Made by a program: the position numbers and the translations under genes
NCBI GenBank assembly: GCA_964016885.1
Contig: OZ024742.1
Span: forward strand, 93,744,001 to 93,808,000
DNA from: Eledone cirrhosa
Lineage: Eukaryota
Length of the DNA stretch: 64,000 bases
Reading direction: 5' to 3'
Notes under the pieces: generated by a model
What the model was told of the DNA's origin: nothing
Database searches by the model: none
The model's input: the letters and a program-made list of their open reading frames with translations, nothing else
Part shown: piece after piece, positions 1-13,659 of the stretch
Layout: each line of letters opens with the position of its first letter
Position numbering within the stretch: position 1 is the stretch's first letter

Positions 1-2443
1 TACCACATGTTTGGCAAGCATGATGAGTAGCATCTCCAACAGCAGCCTGGTAGTCAACCACTGGTCTTACTTTATGACTGCGAAGATGACTTTCGAGTCC
101 AGCTTTGCTTAGGCAGAGTCTCGCACATACGCTGCATGTCAGCACCATAGGAGGACCCTCGCCGTCTGGAAGTGCATCAGCAATGCCCTTCCTCACATCT
201 CGCTTTACTTTCTCATATGCGATTCGAGATGCTTCAAAGGCAACTTTTCCCTCATATACAGTCTTTCTCCATTTATTACGATCAGCAGCAATATTCTCCC
301 ATGTATCAACAGAGATGTTAGCGTCTTTCAGAGAGGCTTTCAAGGAATCCTTATACCTCTTTTTTGGTTTATGTGGCGGTCGTTTTCCTTTAACCAACTC
401 TCCATAAAAGAGTTGTTTTGGTATTCTAGAATCCTTCATCCTGGCAAGGTGACCACTCCAACGGAGTCGTTGCTTAAGCACAAGAGCTTCTATACTGTCA
501 CACATAGAGCTTTCCAAAATCTCGACATCACTGATGTGGTCCCTCCAGTGAACGCCATGGATCCGTCTGAGACACATCTGATGGAAACGATCCAATTGTT
601 TAAGGTGGCGTCGATATGTGACCCAGGTCTCGCAGGCATAAAGAAGACAAGAGAGCACACATGCCCTGTACACCTTTACCTTTGTCCTCCTGCATATGTC
701 TCGCCGACCCCAGAGTCGCCTTTCTAGCTTTCCGAAAGCATCACTTGCTTTCCTAATCCTAAGTGAGATTTCACTGTCACGGTTGCTGTATCGATTGACA
801 GTGCTTCCCAGGTAGACAAACTGATCAACCACTCCAAGTCGTTTGCCATACACATAGATGTTTGGTTCAGTGTACTGCTTACCAGGGGCAGGTTAGTACA
901 TGACGACGGTTTTCTTGAGACTGACAGTCAGACCTAGGGCAGTGCAAGCGTCAGAAAATGCATTCAAAATGTGCTGCATATTACTCTCTGTGTGCGCTAC
1001 GAGATCGTAATCATCTGCATACAAGAGGTCTCTTATGATTGATGTAAATACGTTTGCCTTCGCAGCAAAGCGCCTGATGTTAAATATGCTGCCTGAGGTT
1101 CGATATCGGATGTAAACACCATGCTCGCAATTCCTGAATGCAATACAGAAAACCATTGCAAAGTTTCTGGAGAACATTCCATAATGCATCTCTGTTAACA
1201 GTATCAAAAGCTTTTGTCAGATCGACAAAAACCTGATACAGATCCAAGCCTTGTTCCATTAACTTCTCCTGGAGCTGTCCAGCACGAAAACCAGATTGAC
1301 TTTCAGGAAGAACACAATCTGCAATGTGTGTCTGCAGACGGTCCAGAAGCACCCTACATAAAACTTTCCCTACGACAGAAAGCAATGATATACCTCTGTA
1401 GTTCCCACAATCGTTCCTGTTACCCTTTCCCTTGTACAAGATCACCATTACTGCATCTCTCCAGTCCTCAGGTACGGATTCATTAGCCCATATCCTGCCA
1501 AACAAAGAGTGGAGATGTTGCAGGACTCTCTTACCACCATATTGTAGGAGCTCAGCATGTATGCCATCCATACCTGGAGATTTTCCACTGTTCAGCTTCG
1601 AAATAGCCACTGCAACCTCCACAAGCGTCGGACGTTCTGCGAGAGCTACTTTCACAGGACTTTCTGGAATGAGATTGAGGAAATCTTCACTGACGACAGA
1701 CGGCTGATTCAAAAGTTCATCAAAGTGCTCTCGCCACCTTCGTAGAATTCCTTGTGAGTCACGAAGAAGTTCTTTGCCATCCCTGCTGCGAAGCGGTGTC
1801 ACCAGAGAAGAAGACGGTCCATAAACATCACACAAGAGATTGTACAACAGCTTTGTGTTATTGGAATCAGACGCAGTTTGTATCTCACCAGCCTTCTCAC
1901 TCCACCACTGATCCTTCATCTGAGAAAGACTCCGCCTAACACGTGATTTTACATCTCTGAGTTCCTCATGCAACGTATTCCTCTCCTGTGGTTTTGCCGT
2001 CAAGTAGCGTGACAGAGCACGCCTCTTATCAGTCAACAAGTCTTCTATATGTACACCAATCTCATCAAACCAGTCCTGATATTTCCTCTGCGCCAATCCC
2101 AGAACACGCCTGCCTACATCATAAACCGATTTTTTAAGGGTCGGCCAATCCTCACCAAGATCTGCAGCCTGCATCTCTTCTTCCAATGTCCTCTTCACAA
2201 TTTTATCCTTAAGACGAGCAGCATTCAATCTTTTGGGCAGGGCAACACCAGGAGCCCGGATTTTACGTTTAGTGATTAGTTTCACTTTTGCGCATACCAG
2301 GCGGTGGTCCGTCCAGCACTCAGCTCCACGAAGAACACGAACACACTGCACATCCTGTCTGTCACGCATCCTGACTAGGACGTAGTCCAAAAGATGCCAT
2401 TCCTTAGATGCAGGATGCATCCATGTGGTCTTGAATTTGTTCA
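1..2443 (-). mobile_element. RTE-clade (BovB-like) LINE, 5'-truncated and decayed; end of APE domain, RT and C-terminal C2H2-like zinc finger(s); continues past left window edge
   Basis: ORFs 1080..2504 and 893..1207: TWMHPASKEWHLLDYVL, KSPGMDGIHAELL, NYRGISLLSVVGKV, FVDLTKAFDTV, LLYADD; C-terminus reads CSVCARLCLSKAGLESHLRSH; near-identical to copy at 25066-28010. Confidence 0.95.
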
Positions 2444-2518
2444 TATATACATACATACATATATATATATACATATATATATATACATACATATATATAT
2501 ACATACATATAGATATAT

Positions 2519-2818
<300 letters not shown>

Positions 2819-2845
2819 AATATATATAAATATATATATATATAT

Positions 2846-3305
2846 TGTTATACTTGGGGAGGGTCATATTTGTGTAATAATATTTCCAGAAATAATAACA
2901 GAACACACTCACTGTTTGGTGGGGTTTTGCTTCTGTATCTTTTATATCAGTTAATTTAATTTATTCGGTCCTCAATGTTACCATTGACTGACCAACGGTC
3001 AAAAATACCGATATAATATAGACACAAACACATATATATAGTCCAAGAAAGTTCTTTCGTTGCACATCTGCAACATCGTCAGTGGTGCTATTATGTTACC
3101 TCTTGTTGTATTGTATATCTACGCCATCTTTATTTAATCCATTTATTTATTTATTTGGTATTATGGTAACATTAAGGACCGAATAAATTAAATTAACTGA
3201 TATAAAAGATACAGAAGCGAAAACCAACTAAACAGTGAGTGTGGTGTGTTATTATTTCTGGCAATATTATTACACAAATATGACCCGCCCTAAGTATAAC
3301 AATAT
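2846..3305. repeat. Fold-back unit between (TA)n tracts; arms about 2846-2985 and 3163-3305
   Basis: tattgttatacttgg...aatgttaccat is the reverse complement of atggtaacatt...aagtataacaata. Confidence 0.9.
3043..3085 (-). ncRNA. Candidate minimal hammerhead ribozyme in the spacer of the fold-back unit
   Basis: Minus strand: cca CTGACGA t-gttgc agatgt gcaac GAAA gaactttc t tgg; core and stem II good, cleavage-site register ambiguous. Confidence 0.6.
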
Positions 3306-3345
3306 TTGTTTCGACACACGATTTCATATAAAAAACCACGCAAAA

Positions 3346-3347
<2 letters not shown>

Positions 3348-3427
<80 letters not shown>

Positions 3428-3430
3428 CAC

Positions 3431-3519
<89 letters not shown>

Positions 3520-3826
3520 CATATATGTATGTATATTCATATATATGCATATATATATGTATATACATATATATGTATATACATATGTATATGTATATAT
3601 ATATATATACATATATATATACATATATATATGTATATACATATATATGTATATATATATACATATATATATATATATACATATATATATGTATATACAT
3701 ATATATGTATATATATATATGTATATATATATACATATATATGTATATATATATATATATATGTTCATATATATATACATATACATATGTATATACATAT
3801 ATATATGTATATACATATATATATGT

Positions 3827-3858
<32 letters not shown>

Positions 3859-4005
3859 GAATATACATGTATATATGTATATACATATATATTTATATAC
3901 ATATATATACATACATATATAATATATGTATATATATATGTATATATATATATACATATACATATGTATATACATATATATATGTATATACATATATATA
4001 TATGT

Positions 4006-4039
<34 letters not shown>

Positions 4040-4192
4040 GAATATACATGTATATATGTATATACATATATATTTATATACATATATATACATACATACA
4101 TATATAATATATGTATATATATATGTATATATATATATACATATACATATGTATATACATATATATATGTATATACATATATATATATATGT

Positions 4193-4226
<34 letters not shown>

Positions 4227-4324
4227 ATATGAATATACATGTATATATGTATATACATACATATTTATATACTTATACATACATACATACATATATATAT
4301 ACATATAATATATATATATATATG

Positions 4325-4386
<62 letters not shown>

Positions 4387-4389
4387 ATG

Positions 4390-4449
<60 letters not shown>

Positions 4450-4469
4450 TATGTATATATATATATATA
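3348..4469. repeat. Long degenerate (TA)n/(TACA)n/(TATG)n microsatellite with internal higher-order duplication
   Basis: Direct inspection; motif gaatatacatgtatatatgtatatac recurs at about 3859, 4040 and 4231. Confidence 0.95.
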
Positions 4470-4710
4470 GTATTAAGGGTACTATTTATGGTTATGCAAA
4501 TACAAAAATCTTTTGTAGTTATATATATTTTTACAAACCGTAAATAGTGATAGGCAGTAATATATTACTACCTTATTACCAGTAAGTTAAATAGCTCAAT
4601 GTACTAACATCAGATGTTTTACAGAGCAGTTATATATATATATATAATATATAAACTGAAAAATCAGTGAAGCATCTGAAACCAATTTATTGTTTGTTAC
4701 AATTGTTTCC
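4470..4710 (-). mobile_element. Short (TA)n-associated repeat family carrying the 3' half of an HHR (GAAACAATTGTA)
   Basis: Inverted homolog of 10250-10472; cttactggtaataaggtagtaat also at about 51502. Confidence 0.7.
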
Positions 4711-5390
4711 CCGGCGGACACCTCGAGACACGATGCAGAGTGGAGAGGAACGAAGCTTGCATGCGCCGTTGGATGTGTAATAATAATATACGTCAACGGC
4801 AAAGAATAAATGAACTAAATGAGAAATTAGGAATAAGAGGGATGAGATGCTGTTTCACGTGATGCGCATGAAAGACGACAGCTGTATAAAAAAGTGCAGG
4901 GCGATCAAAATGACGGTAGCCACGGAGTAGGCAGACCCAGACGACTTGATAAATTCCGACCTTACACACTTACATCTCTCCAAGACAATGTCACTGGACC
5001 GAGATATTTGGCGCTACGCAGTAATACAGAAGACCCGCCTTGCCTAAATGCAAAGCGAAACCTACAGTCAGTAGGCACCTCTTACCAAAATACACCCCCG
5101 TCCTACTATCCCCACCCCATCCACACCACCCACTTTCGATGTAAAGTTATGTTGGTACCACAACATCCAGTCCCAAACAAATGTAATGTGGCCGTGTACG
5201 TAACACGGTAAAAACCTCCCAGTCCACAAACGTGGTTGGTGTTCGGAAGGGCATCCAGACGTAGAAAACCCGCCAGACAGTCCTATACGAGCAAGACAAC
5301 CAATCTTGCCTCAAGTGGGAAAATTCCCGTCCAAACCCATGCTAGCGTAGAAGATGGACGTTAAACGATGATGATGATGATGATGATGAT
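4711..5390 (+). mobile_element. RTE LINE 3' fragment with 3' UTR and (GAT)n tail
   Basis: Decayed homolog of 50291-50985 (ERNEACMRRWMC, HVMRMKDDSCIK); ends gacgttaaac(gat)n. Confidence 0.85.
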
Positions 5391-5559
5391 ATGCACATAT
5401 ATGCACAAATAGGATATATACACAAAGCCATATAGGGATACACATTGGGTCATACAATTGGTCATGCACGAATGATGCATTTTGTTAAAAGCATGCACAT
5501 ATATAAACAATATAATCATACACATATGTACCTATATATACACACACATATATCTACAT

Positions 5560-6318
5560 TCATATATATATACATCCATATATGCACATACAGATATACA
5601 CATGTATAAAAAATAAACATGCAATATATTAAAGGTGTAGATATAACGTCCCATAGAGATATATAAAAAAAAGAAGAATGAGGAACGTGTATGTGTATAA
5701 GTTAGTACACAGGAGAAGCATGAGATATACAGAAAATATACAGACAATATAATATGTGTTACAAGATGGGATACGTGGAGAGTATGGACTCTCTATTGAA
5801 AAGATACACATGCATGGGGGTGCGTGGACCTGCCATACTGGAGTATGTCACTGTGGTTGAGGTATATAGTCCTATAGGTGTAATGCATTTGACTGGAAGT
5901 CAGTGGAATCAGGGTCGACCTGCACCGGCTCGGGCTATGTTCTTGCCAAGGGTGACGTGCGGAGTCGGGTATGCATCCCGAGTTATTTCGGTTTACCCTA
6001 CGGGGTATATATAGTCATCAGGTTATGTTGTCTGATCCCTAGAACCCGTTTCGCCGCTCTGGTCGGTGCAAGCTCTGCCGCATGCCTTTAGCCTAGGTTT
6101 CCCGGTGGATTCTATGCGGAGCGTGTGCACCTTCTCTGGTGTCTGGACGTCATGATTATTTCCGATTTCAGGTTGACCGCATCATTCTTCAGTCTGACTA
6201 TCTCTATGGCCCCGTATAGGCATAGCCTACACTTTCTGTTTCCAGCTGAGTATGCATTCGCGTGCCGGACGATAAACTACTCAATGCTCTTGTCCTTCAA
6301 GTCCCACACCAGGTTGTA
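5560..6318 (-). mobile_element. Penelope-like (Naiad-type) 3' fragment: GIY-YIG C-terminus plus 3' UTR
   Basis: Minus translation about 6318-6117: LVWDLKDKSIE*FIVRHANAYSAGNRKCRLCLYGAIEIVRLKNDAVNLKSEIIMTSRH; same WxLK...Y..G...CxLC...H pattern as the PLE at 44540-44745. Confidence 0.7.
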
Positions 6319-6396
6319 AACAAACAAACAGCCCGAATTACGCCGAACAGTGTTCAGGCAACCATCGTCGCCTTTTTGTTCAACACTGACACACGA

Positions 6397-6439
6397 ACGA
6401 TGTACTAGTTTCAAGCTTATTAGCTATCGTCAGCACCGT
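6397..6439 (-). ncRNA. Minimal type I hammerhead ribozyme
   Basis: Minus strand: acggtg CTGACGA t agct aata agct t GAAA ctag TA catcgt. Confidence 0.85.
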
Positions 6440-6749
6440 ATACCATCCTGCCAGATGATTGAACGTCTGAAACCCATACGTACATATATATATATGTGTG
6501 CATGGATGTATATATATACATACTACTGTACGTCTGTATACATATATGTATGTACGTATACATATTTACATTTAAGTATCAGCCGTACTAAGAGTGAGAA
6601 ATGAAATTTCGTTTCATTCTTTTCCATTTATCGTTTTCGGTACGCCCGGCTGACTAACTCACTCGATATGCAACTTAGGATGCTCAGCCGTTAATATACA
6701 TAAGGAAACTATATACTTTCAGACGTTCAATCATCTGGCAGAAAGGTAT

Positions 6750-6792
6750 ACGATGCTGACGATAGCTAATAAGCTTGAAACTAGTACATCGT
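6750..6792 (+). ncRNA. Minimal type I hammerhead ribozyme
   Basis: acgatg CTGACGA t agct aata agct t GAAA ctag TA catcgt; 6-bp stem I, palindromic stem III, GUA cleavage triplet. Confidence 0.9.
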
Positions 6793-7012
6793 TCCTGTGT
6801 CAGTGTTGAACAAAAAGGCGACGATGGTTGCCTGAACACTGTACGGCGTAATTCGGGCTGTTTGTTTGTTTATAAACAAACCGAACATTATAATAAATGG
6901 TCGGTAAACCCATACGTACATATATATATATATATATGTGTGCATATATGTATATATATACATGCTACTGTACGTTTGTATACATATATGCATGTACGTA
7001 TACATACATACT

Positions 7013-7056
<44 letters not shown>

Positions 7057-7158
7057 AAATTGAGGTTGGTAATGGCACATGGAATATATAAGAGACAGAA
7101 TACTTTTTTGTGAAAAAACATAATTTTATAAGGTAAGGAAATAATAAAGGGTATAAAA

Positions 7159-7204
7159 AATGACCGGTTTCGATGGGTCTGCAAAAGCCATCTTTTCAAA
7201 TGTT
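7159..7204 (-). ncRNA. Hammerhead-like motif with U3-A8 core variant
   Basis: Minus strand: aacat TTGAAAA gatgg...ccatc GAAA ccgg TC attt; stem I weak. Confidence 0.55.
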
Positions 7205-7517
7205 GATTAATATTAAGAAAAATTAATAATACGAAGAGTTAAAATTTGAGACTTGAAAATTCAAGTATAAAATTCATTGTGGGATTTCATAGCAGTTTTC
7301 ATCTGGGTAGCAACAACAGGTTGACTGCTGTGTCCCTTTCTGGTAGTGAATGAGAAGTTATTTGGGGTGTGGGTTATTTTATAAAGGTCAGATTTAGCAA
7401 TCACCAGCTGGCCAGCTGCTGGTCAGTGAGGGGGTGGAAGCAATATACATACACATATCTTCTTGTGGTGGGTAGGGGAGTGGAGCGTGATAGAAAGGGA
7501 TTTAGTGCACTTACACC

Positions 7518-7658
7518 TATATATACACACATACCTTCATCCACACATACATACATATACATATACATATATATATATATATATATACATATACACACAT
7601 ACATACACACACACATACATATACATACACACATACACACACACACATATATACACAT

Positions 7659-7709
<51 letters not shown>

Positions 7710-7780
7710 TATATATACATACACATACATCCAGATACACACATACATACACACACACACTCACACATATATATATATAT

Positions 7781-7848
<68 letters not shown>

Positions 7849-7936
7849 CCCCACACATACATACACACACACACACATATATATATACATACACACATAC
7901 AAACATACACACACACACACATATATATACACACAT

Positions 7937-8003
<67 letters not shown>

Positions 8004-8112
8004 TATATATAGAGAGAGAGATATAGATATGTATATACATATATATTTGCATATACATGTCTCACCCTTGCAAGCAGGGAAAAGCGGACGTAAAATGATG
8101 ATGATGATGATG

Positions 8113-8160
<48 letters not shown>
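7518..8160. repeat. (TA)n/(CA)n compound microsatellite containing a SINE tail fragment (about 8060-8112)
   Basis: cccttgcaagcagggaaaagcggacgtaaaa(tga)n matches the SINE tail at about 36848. Confidence 0.85.
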
Positions 8161-8480
8161 CATTCGTCATCATCATCATCGATTAATGTCATTTTCCATG
8201 GCTGCATGGGTTAGATGGGTTGTCTCATTTGAGGCAAGTCAGGTGAGGTGACCGTGCCTTTCTCATACAGTACTGTTTCTGGCTTAGTTTCTACAGTTGG
8301 ATGCCCTTCCTAATGTCAACCACATTGACAATGTGTGTAGGGTGCCTTTTGTTGTGACTCCTACATGACCACTTTACAGTGGGGGCTAGCTGCTTTTTGT
8401 CTTGACACCTACACGACCACGTTATGATTTTGGCTGGATGTTTTTGTTGTGTTACCAACACAACAACTTTACAGTTTAAG
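8161..8480 (-). mobile_element. Decayed SINE/RTE 3' tail
   Basis: ttttccatggctgcatgggttagatggg and ctacagttggatgcccttcctaatgtcaaccac are the reverse of the tail at 50810-50985. Confidence 0.75.
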
Positions 8481-9499
8481 GGTGGTGAGAACAAAAGTGG
8501 GTTGATGGGTGTTGGGGTGTGGGAGGTGTATGGAGGGGGATTATAGTGTTTAAGATGTGCGTACTAGATGTATGCTTCAGTCCTGGTGCATGGGAAGGCG
8601 GGTCTTCTGTATTATTTCATAAGATTTCTATTCTGTCATTGTTTTTGAGAGGTGTAATTGCACAAGTTTAGCTGTTATCATGTCATCCAATGTTTTCCTG
8701 CGTATTGCTACTGCAAGCCAAAGAATGCTTGGTATGGTGCTGGATGGCAAGAGGGCCCCTTGGTTCAATCAAGTGGTCAAAGATGCCATCCAAGCAAAGT
8801 CGGTGCATTTTTCCTCCCCTCCCCCCACTATTCTGTCTCCAGTCGTTAAGTCACTATTCCACTCGTATTTTCTGTTCAGGCTACGTCTATCTTCTATTAT
8901 GTGTGTGACCTCTGCAATTTGTCTGAGTGTTGTATCAGTGCTGTGTGGATAGGATCTTTATTCCTGTGTTATCTATTGAGCATCCATGTATAGTACCGAT
9001 GAGCTTTTCTCCTCTTTAAGTTCTCCTCAGTGTTCCTTTAATCTCTCTCATATACTACAGTCTATCTTGCCTGTGTATGTCATTGTCTTGGTTCCACATT
9101 GTCCCTCTGTATGAGTGGTATAGTAACAGCCTGCAACTTAATGACTGAAGAGAGAATAGGAAAAAAAAACAGAAACAGCAAAACAACCAACAATACACAC
9201 AGACAGAAGTGCAAGTGCAAACGCATGCAGAGACACAAAAAACGAAAAATGCACCACGAAACAAAGACAAGATGGAGTAGAAGTTTAAGAGCATGAAAAA
9301 GAGGAGGCCTACAACAGATAGTCATTGAGGAAGTCACAGAATATGTGATGGAAGGACTTTAACAAATGAATAAATAACAAGAATGAAAATGATATGGTGT
9401 ATTTGTTTCTTTCTATTGGCAACATGACTATCCCCAGATATAACAATATCAGTTTCAACACACCATTTCACATCAAGAATCATGCAGAACAAATGTATA

Positions 9500-9600
<101 letters not shown>

Positions 9601-10220
9601 CGGGGGACTGCTCTATTACAGAGATACATTTTGTTACCATTCTGGGACAGTTTGCTTGCGTATGTGTTCGAACCATGCCTCTTTGGGTGTGTAATGTGAA
9701 TAAACAGCATCATAGCAAATATTTCCTATAATCCTGGTACTTTGGGATATGTATATATATATTTGGGATATGTATATATATATATTTTGCTTCTCATTTA
9801 TACTATTTCTCTGCACACAAGCTTCTTTATCATACACAAAAAATACCTTACCACTACAACCTTCATAATACTCTTGATTACCCACTTAAAGTGCTTGTAT
9901 TGCATATAACGCCCTGCCGCACAATAATCATATATAAATAAGACACACGTGCATGCCCCACGTGTAACTAATGCATACAATAACTACTACAACTGACTAA
10001 CAAACTATCCTCTTGCATTATCTACGTTAACTGCCGATGTTGTATTTTAATTTTAATTTTGCTTTCATTCGTTTATAATATGATTTTAATTTTTGAATTT
10101 AAATTGCCATTCAGAAATAATATAATATATGTCACCCCACTGTACATCAATATATACATATGTATCTGTATGTCTCTTGCGTTGGAAAGGAGGTCATGTA
10201 TGTATACAAACATTGAAAAA

Positions 10221-10268
10221 TGGTCCGAAGAATCCAAGCCTCGGTTTGGATGAAACAATTGTAAGCTA
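10221..10268 (+). ncRNA. Hammerhead-like motif with CCGAAGA core (U4C)
   Basis: tggt CCGAAGA atccaagc ctcg gtttggat GAAA caattg TA agcta; 8-bp stem II, palindromic stem III, weak stem I. Confidence 0.65.
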
Positions 10269-11041
10269 ATAAATGGTTTGAACATAACTTTGATTCCTGT
10301 GAATTCTATATAACTGCTCTGTAGAACAACTGATGTTATTACATTGAGCTATTTATCTTACTGGTAATAAGGTAGTAATAAATTACTGTCTTTCACTGTT
10401 TAGGGTTTAAAATATATATAACTATAACAAGTTTTAGTATATACATAACCATACATAGTATCCTTAATACTATGTATATATATATATATATGCAACTCAC
10501 ACAAACACACCCACACATATATATTACGTATAAGAAGACGAAGTTTCACATGAATGCCTTTATTGATTATTGATCAGTTACATACGTTTCACAGATGATT
10601 GGCTGAAGGTCCATATTTATGTTATAAACCTGACTCTACCATAAACCTGCTCATCATACATGTTAATCAAGATAAAAACAAAATTTTACACACACACACA
10701 CAGACACTCACATAAAAGGACACATACATATAATATACATCTCTGCCATATGTTTAGCATCAAGGCATCAGTAAATATTTGTCTTTATATATATACCTAT
10801 GAATATGCAACCAAAAATTAATAACTTTCTATCTATCTGTAATTTTCATTATATTATCTTCATCATAATGATCATAATTTTTATGTCCACTTTTCCACAT
10901 TCATATGTTTATATATTTACACCGACCGATATTAATAAATACATACATATATATATATAAAATGAGATTAATATACCCACAGGTACTAAGTACCCATGGA
11001 AATATATAGGGTGTCTTGCAAAATACTCTATATATACATTC

Positions 11042-11072
<31 letters not shown>

Positions 11073-11104
11073 AATAAAAAAAAATATATATATATGTATA
11101 TATA

Positions 11105-11301
<197 letters not shown>

Positions 11302-11571
11302 ATAATAATAAATTTGACTCGATAAGGATAAATATATATCAAATATATATCAAATATATAAGAACCGTATTTGGTGTTAGATTCGTTTGTGTGCGTGTAC
11401 AGGTGTTGCGTGGATTCTGTATGTGCGTGCGTCTTTTTTTTGTGTACGTGCGAGTGTTTTCGCGTATGCATGTGTATGTACGTATATGGATGCGTGCATG
11501 TATATATTTAATTTCAATTACCACTGTAATTTATTTAAATTATTCTTAACTCTGAAGCCGAGAATCATTCG

Positions 11572-11855
11572 GTTTCCTAAATAGAATTTTAGTCTACGAC
11601 TTCAGTTATACCATAAACGTGGTTTTGTGTTTGCGTGTAATTGTTCTCACGTTCCACATAATGAAGTATTATCTTCATTTTCCGTTCATTGCCAGAGAAC
11701 GTCTCCATGAACCACCTAATAGAATATTAGACTGCGACTTCATTTATACCATAAATCTGGTTTTATCTTTGCGTGTAATTGTTTTCACGCACCAAATAAT
11801 GACGTATTATCTTCGTTTTTTTCCGTTCTTTGCCAGGGAACGTTTCCACTAACCA
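11572..11855. repeat. Two diverged tandem copies of a roughly 140-bp unit
   Basis: aatagaat...cgacttca.ttataccataaa...ttgcgtgtaattgtt...ccgttc.ttgccag.gaacgt occurs twice. Confidence 0.8.
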
Positions 11856-11992
11856 AAGTATCGTCTTCCTTCGGTTGCAACGTTTTTCGAAATATTTACT
11901 TCTGCGTTCACAGATTGATTTTTTTAGTTTCAGAAGATCCCGTTAAGGGTGAAAGCAGCGATTCTTTGCTTAAACTTTAATCTGTTATTTTA

Positions 11993-12023
<31 letters not shown>

Positions 12024-12030
<7 letters not shown>

Positions 12031-12645
12031 GGAGGCTTAGTAAAATCGAATCTTTGACGGTGTGCAATCAAAATTCGACCTACGATATGAATGAGTTAGC
12101 AAAGTACTCGACAAGTAATAACATACGTTTAAATAGCTTGACAAATTGAACATTGTGACAGGCAAAATCTAACACACAATACCAAAGTAACGAAAGTACT
12201 AACAGGTTGAAAAAATACACCTGGACAAATCAAACGTTATACGTTTAAAGTGTTTCTATGAATACGAAATCAAATATCAGAGTTACGTAACTGGCAGCTC
12301 CTGGTATTCATGACCGAACATAGGACTCATTTCGTCAACAGGAATTTCGTTCTACCAAAGAGCGGGGCGAACACTAAATGGTGCTGCTAGCAGCAGCGAT
12401 TCGAACATTTAGTTGTCACGTGTTATTTCCAACAAGGGAAATAACCCCCGGTTTTTGGCCGGTCATTCAAATTGTTAGACAAAGGAAATATTATAATTTC
12501 CGCTAACGTTCAGAATAAGCTCTCAACCAGATATTATTAAACAAACAAATAATTAACCAATCAACAGAATTGTCTAATTAAATTAATTAGTTAATTATTA
12601 AATCTAGGAGAAAATAATATAATTGGAGGCTGAGTAAAATCGAAT

Positions 12646-12649
<4 letters not shown>
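12024..12649. mobile_element. Terminally redundant non-coding insert in (TA)n (period 594 bp)
   Basis: ataattggaggct(t/g)agtaaaatcgaatctt at both ends; (TA)n on both flanks. Confidence 0.75.
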
Positions 12650-12693
<44 letters not shown>

Positions 12694-12699
<6 letters not shown>

Positions 12700-12798
12700 T
12701 TAATAAAATAGATGTTCTTTTGATCAATTACATTTTATTAAACATAGTATAATAAAATGTAATTGATCAAAAGAACATCTATTTTATTAATATTTATA
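12694..12798. repeat. AT-rich hairpin, arms about 50 bp, short loop
   Basis: taaatattaataaaatagatgttcttttgatcaattacattttatta followed by its reverse complement after aacatagta. Confidence 0.9.
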
Positions 12799-12945
12799 TT
12801 TTAATATTAATAACTCCGGAAAATTATTTTACCGTAGAGTGTAAAACTCATTCTTTGACATACTCATTGAATATTGTTTAACACTTTAATATATATATAT
12901 ATACAATATATTAATAAATGGAAACTATATTTATAAAACCATATT

Positions 12946-13011
12946 TATTTTATTATATATATTTCAAGGGAAACCAAGGCAAATTATGGTGCGCTTTCAT
13001 CAGATAAAATA
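12946..13011 (-). ncRNA. Minimal type I hammerhead ribozyme
   Basis: Minus strand: tattttat CTGATGA aag...ctt GAAA tatata TA ataaaata; 8-bp stem I. Confidence 0.85.
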
Positions 13012-13300
13012 CAGATTTATTTTATAAATAAATATTGACATACCCCACTAAACTGTTGAGTGCTTTATAACACTCAATAGTTATAAAAATGTTTAAGCTT
13101 GTTGAATCCCAACAAATTAAATATAACCTCTGCATATATATATTTATATAAAGAAATAGGATTTCGCTTCAAGCATAGCTTTATACAATATGTATAAATA
13201 TTTTGTATCTCCAAAGAAATACAGTATTAGGAAGCCGTAGCTATGCAAACACCGGGGGGTTAACGCCCTCTGGTGATGTCCAGCAGAAGCAAGGGGGACA

Positions 13301-13344
13301 ACCGTCTATGCATTTCTGGCTTAACTGGCCTTCGTCAGGACGGT
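13301..13344 (-). ncRNA. Minimal type I hammerhead ribozyme
   Basis: Minus strand: accgtc CTGACGA a ggc cagttaa gcc a GAAA tgca TA gacggt. Confidence 0.88.
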
Positions 13345-13424
13345 CACTCCCACCGCTTGCGACTGCTGGACTAGAAGACAGCTGAGAATATATACTTTTA
13401 TCGTCTGTGTAAATGAGGTGATTA

Positions 13425-13580
13425 ATCTTCATAGGCCAAAAATTATGCGTGTTGTCTCTTCGCAAGTCGCCGCCGGAGAGAGAATTATTTTTTTTTGTGA
13501 CGTCAGTTTGAGACGTCAGAGCTATGTGCAGGTAATCTGCATAGCTGTCCCCAAACACACGACAGGTGTCGATTCGCTAT
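13425..13580 (-). mobile_element. Inverted fragment of the 5' end of the Gypsy LTR
   Basis: Reverse complement of about 15428-15595. Confidence 0.85.
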
Positions 13581-13659
13581 AATATATATATACACACAAA
13601 TATATATATATATATATATATATATTTGTATATATATATATATTATAGCGAAGCGACAC

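Larger units (their letters stand above)
6317..6872. repeat. Inverted repeat, arms about 6317-6472 and 6717-6872, each arm carrying an HHR
   Basis: Arms are reverse complements with a few substitutions. Confidence 0.9.

Noticed and set aside
3235-4547. Many long YI/HT/CV-rich ORFs (also 7369-8214, 11016-11549, 41406-42714)
   Set aside because: Translations of (TA)n, (CA)n and (TG)n microsatellites; not genes
10570-10670. Possible minus-strand hammerhead (ATGATGA...GAAAcgtatgTA)
   Set aside because: C3 is lost without compensation and stem I is displaced; at best a dead relic, so not counted
12415-12475. TTGAATGA...GAAA on the minus strand
   Set aside because: Stem III and cleavage site cannot be formed
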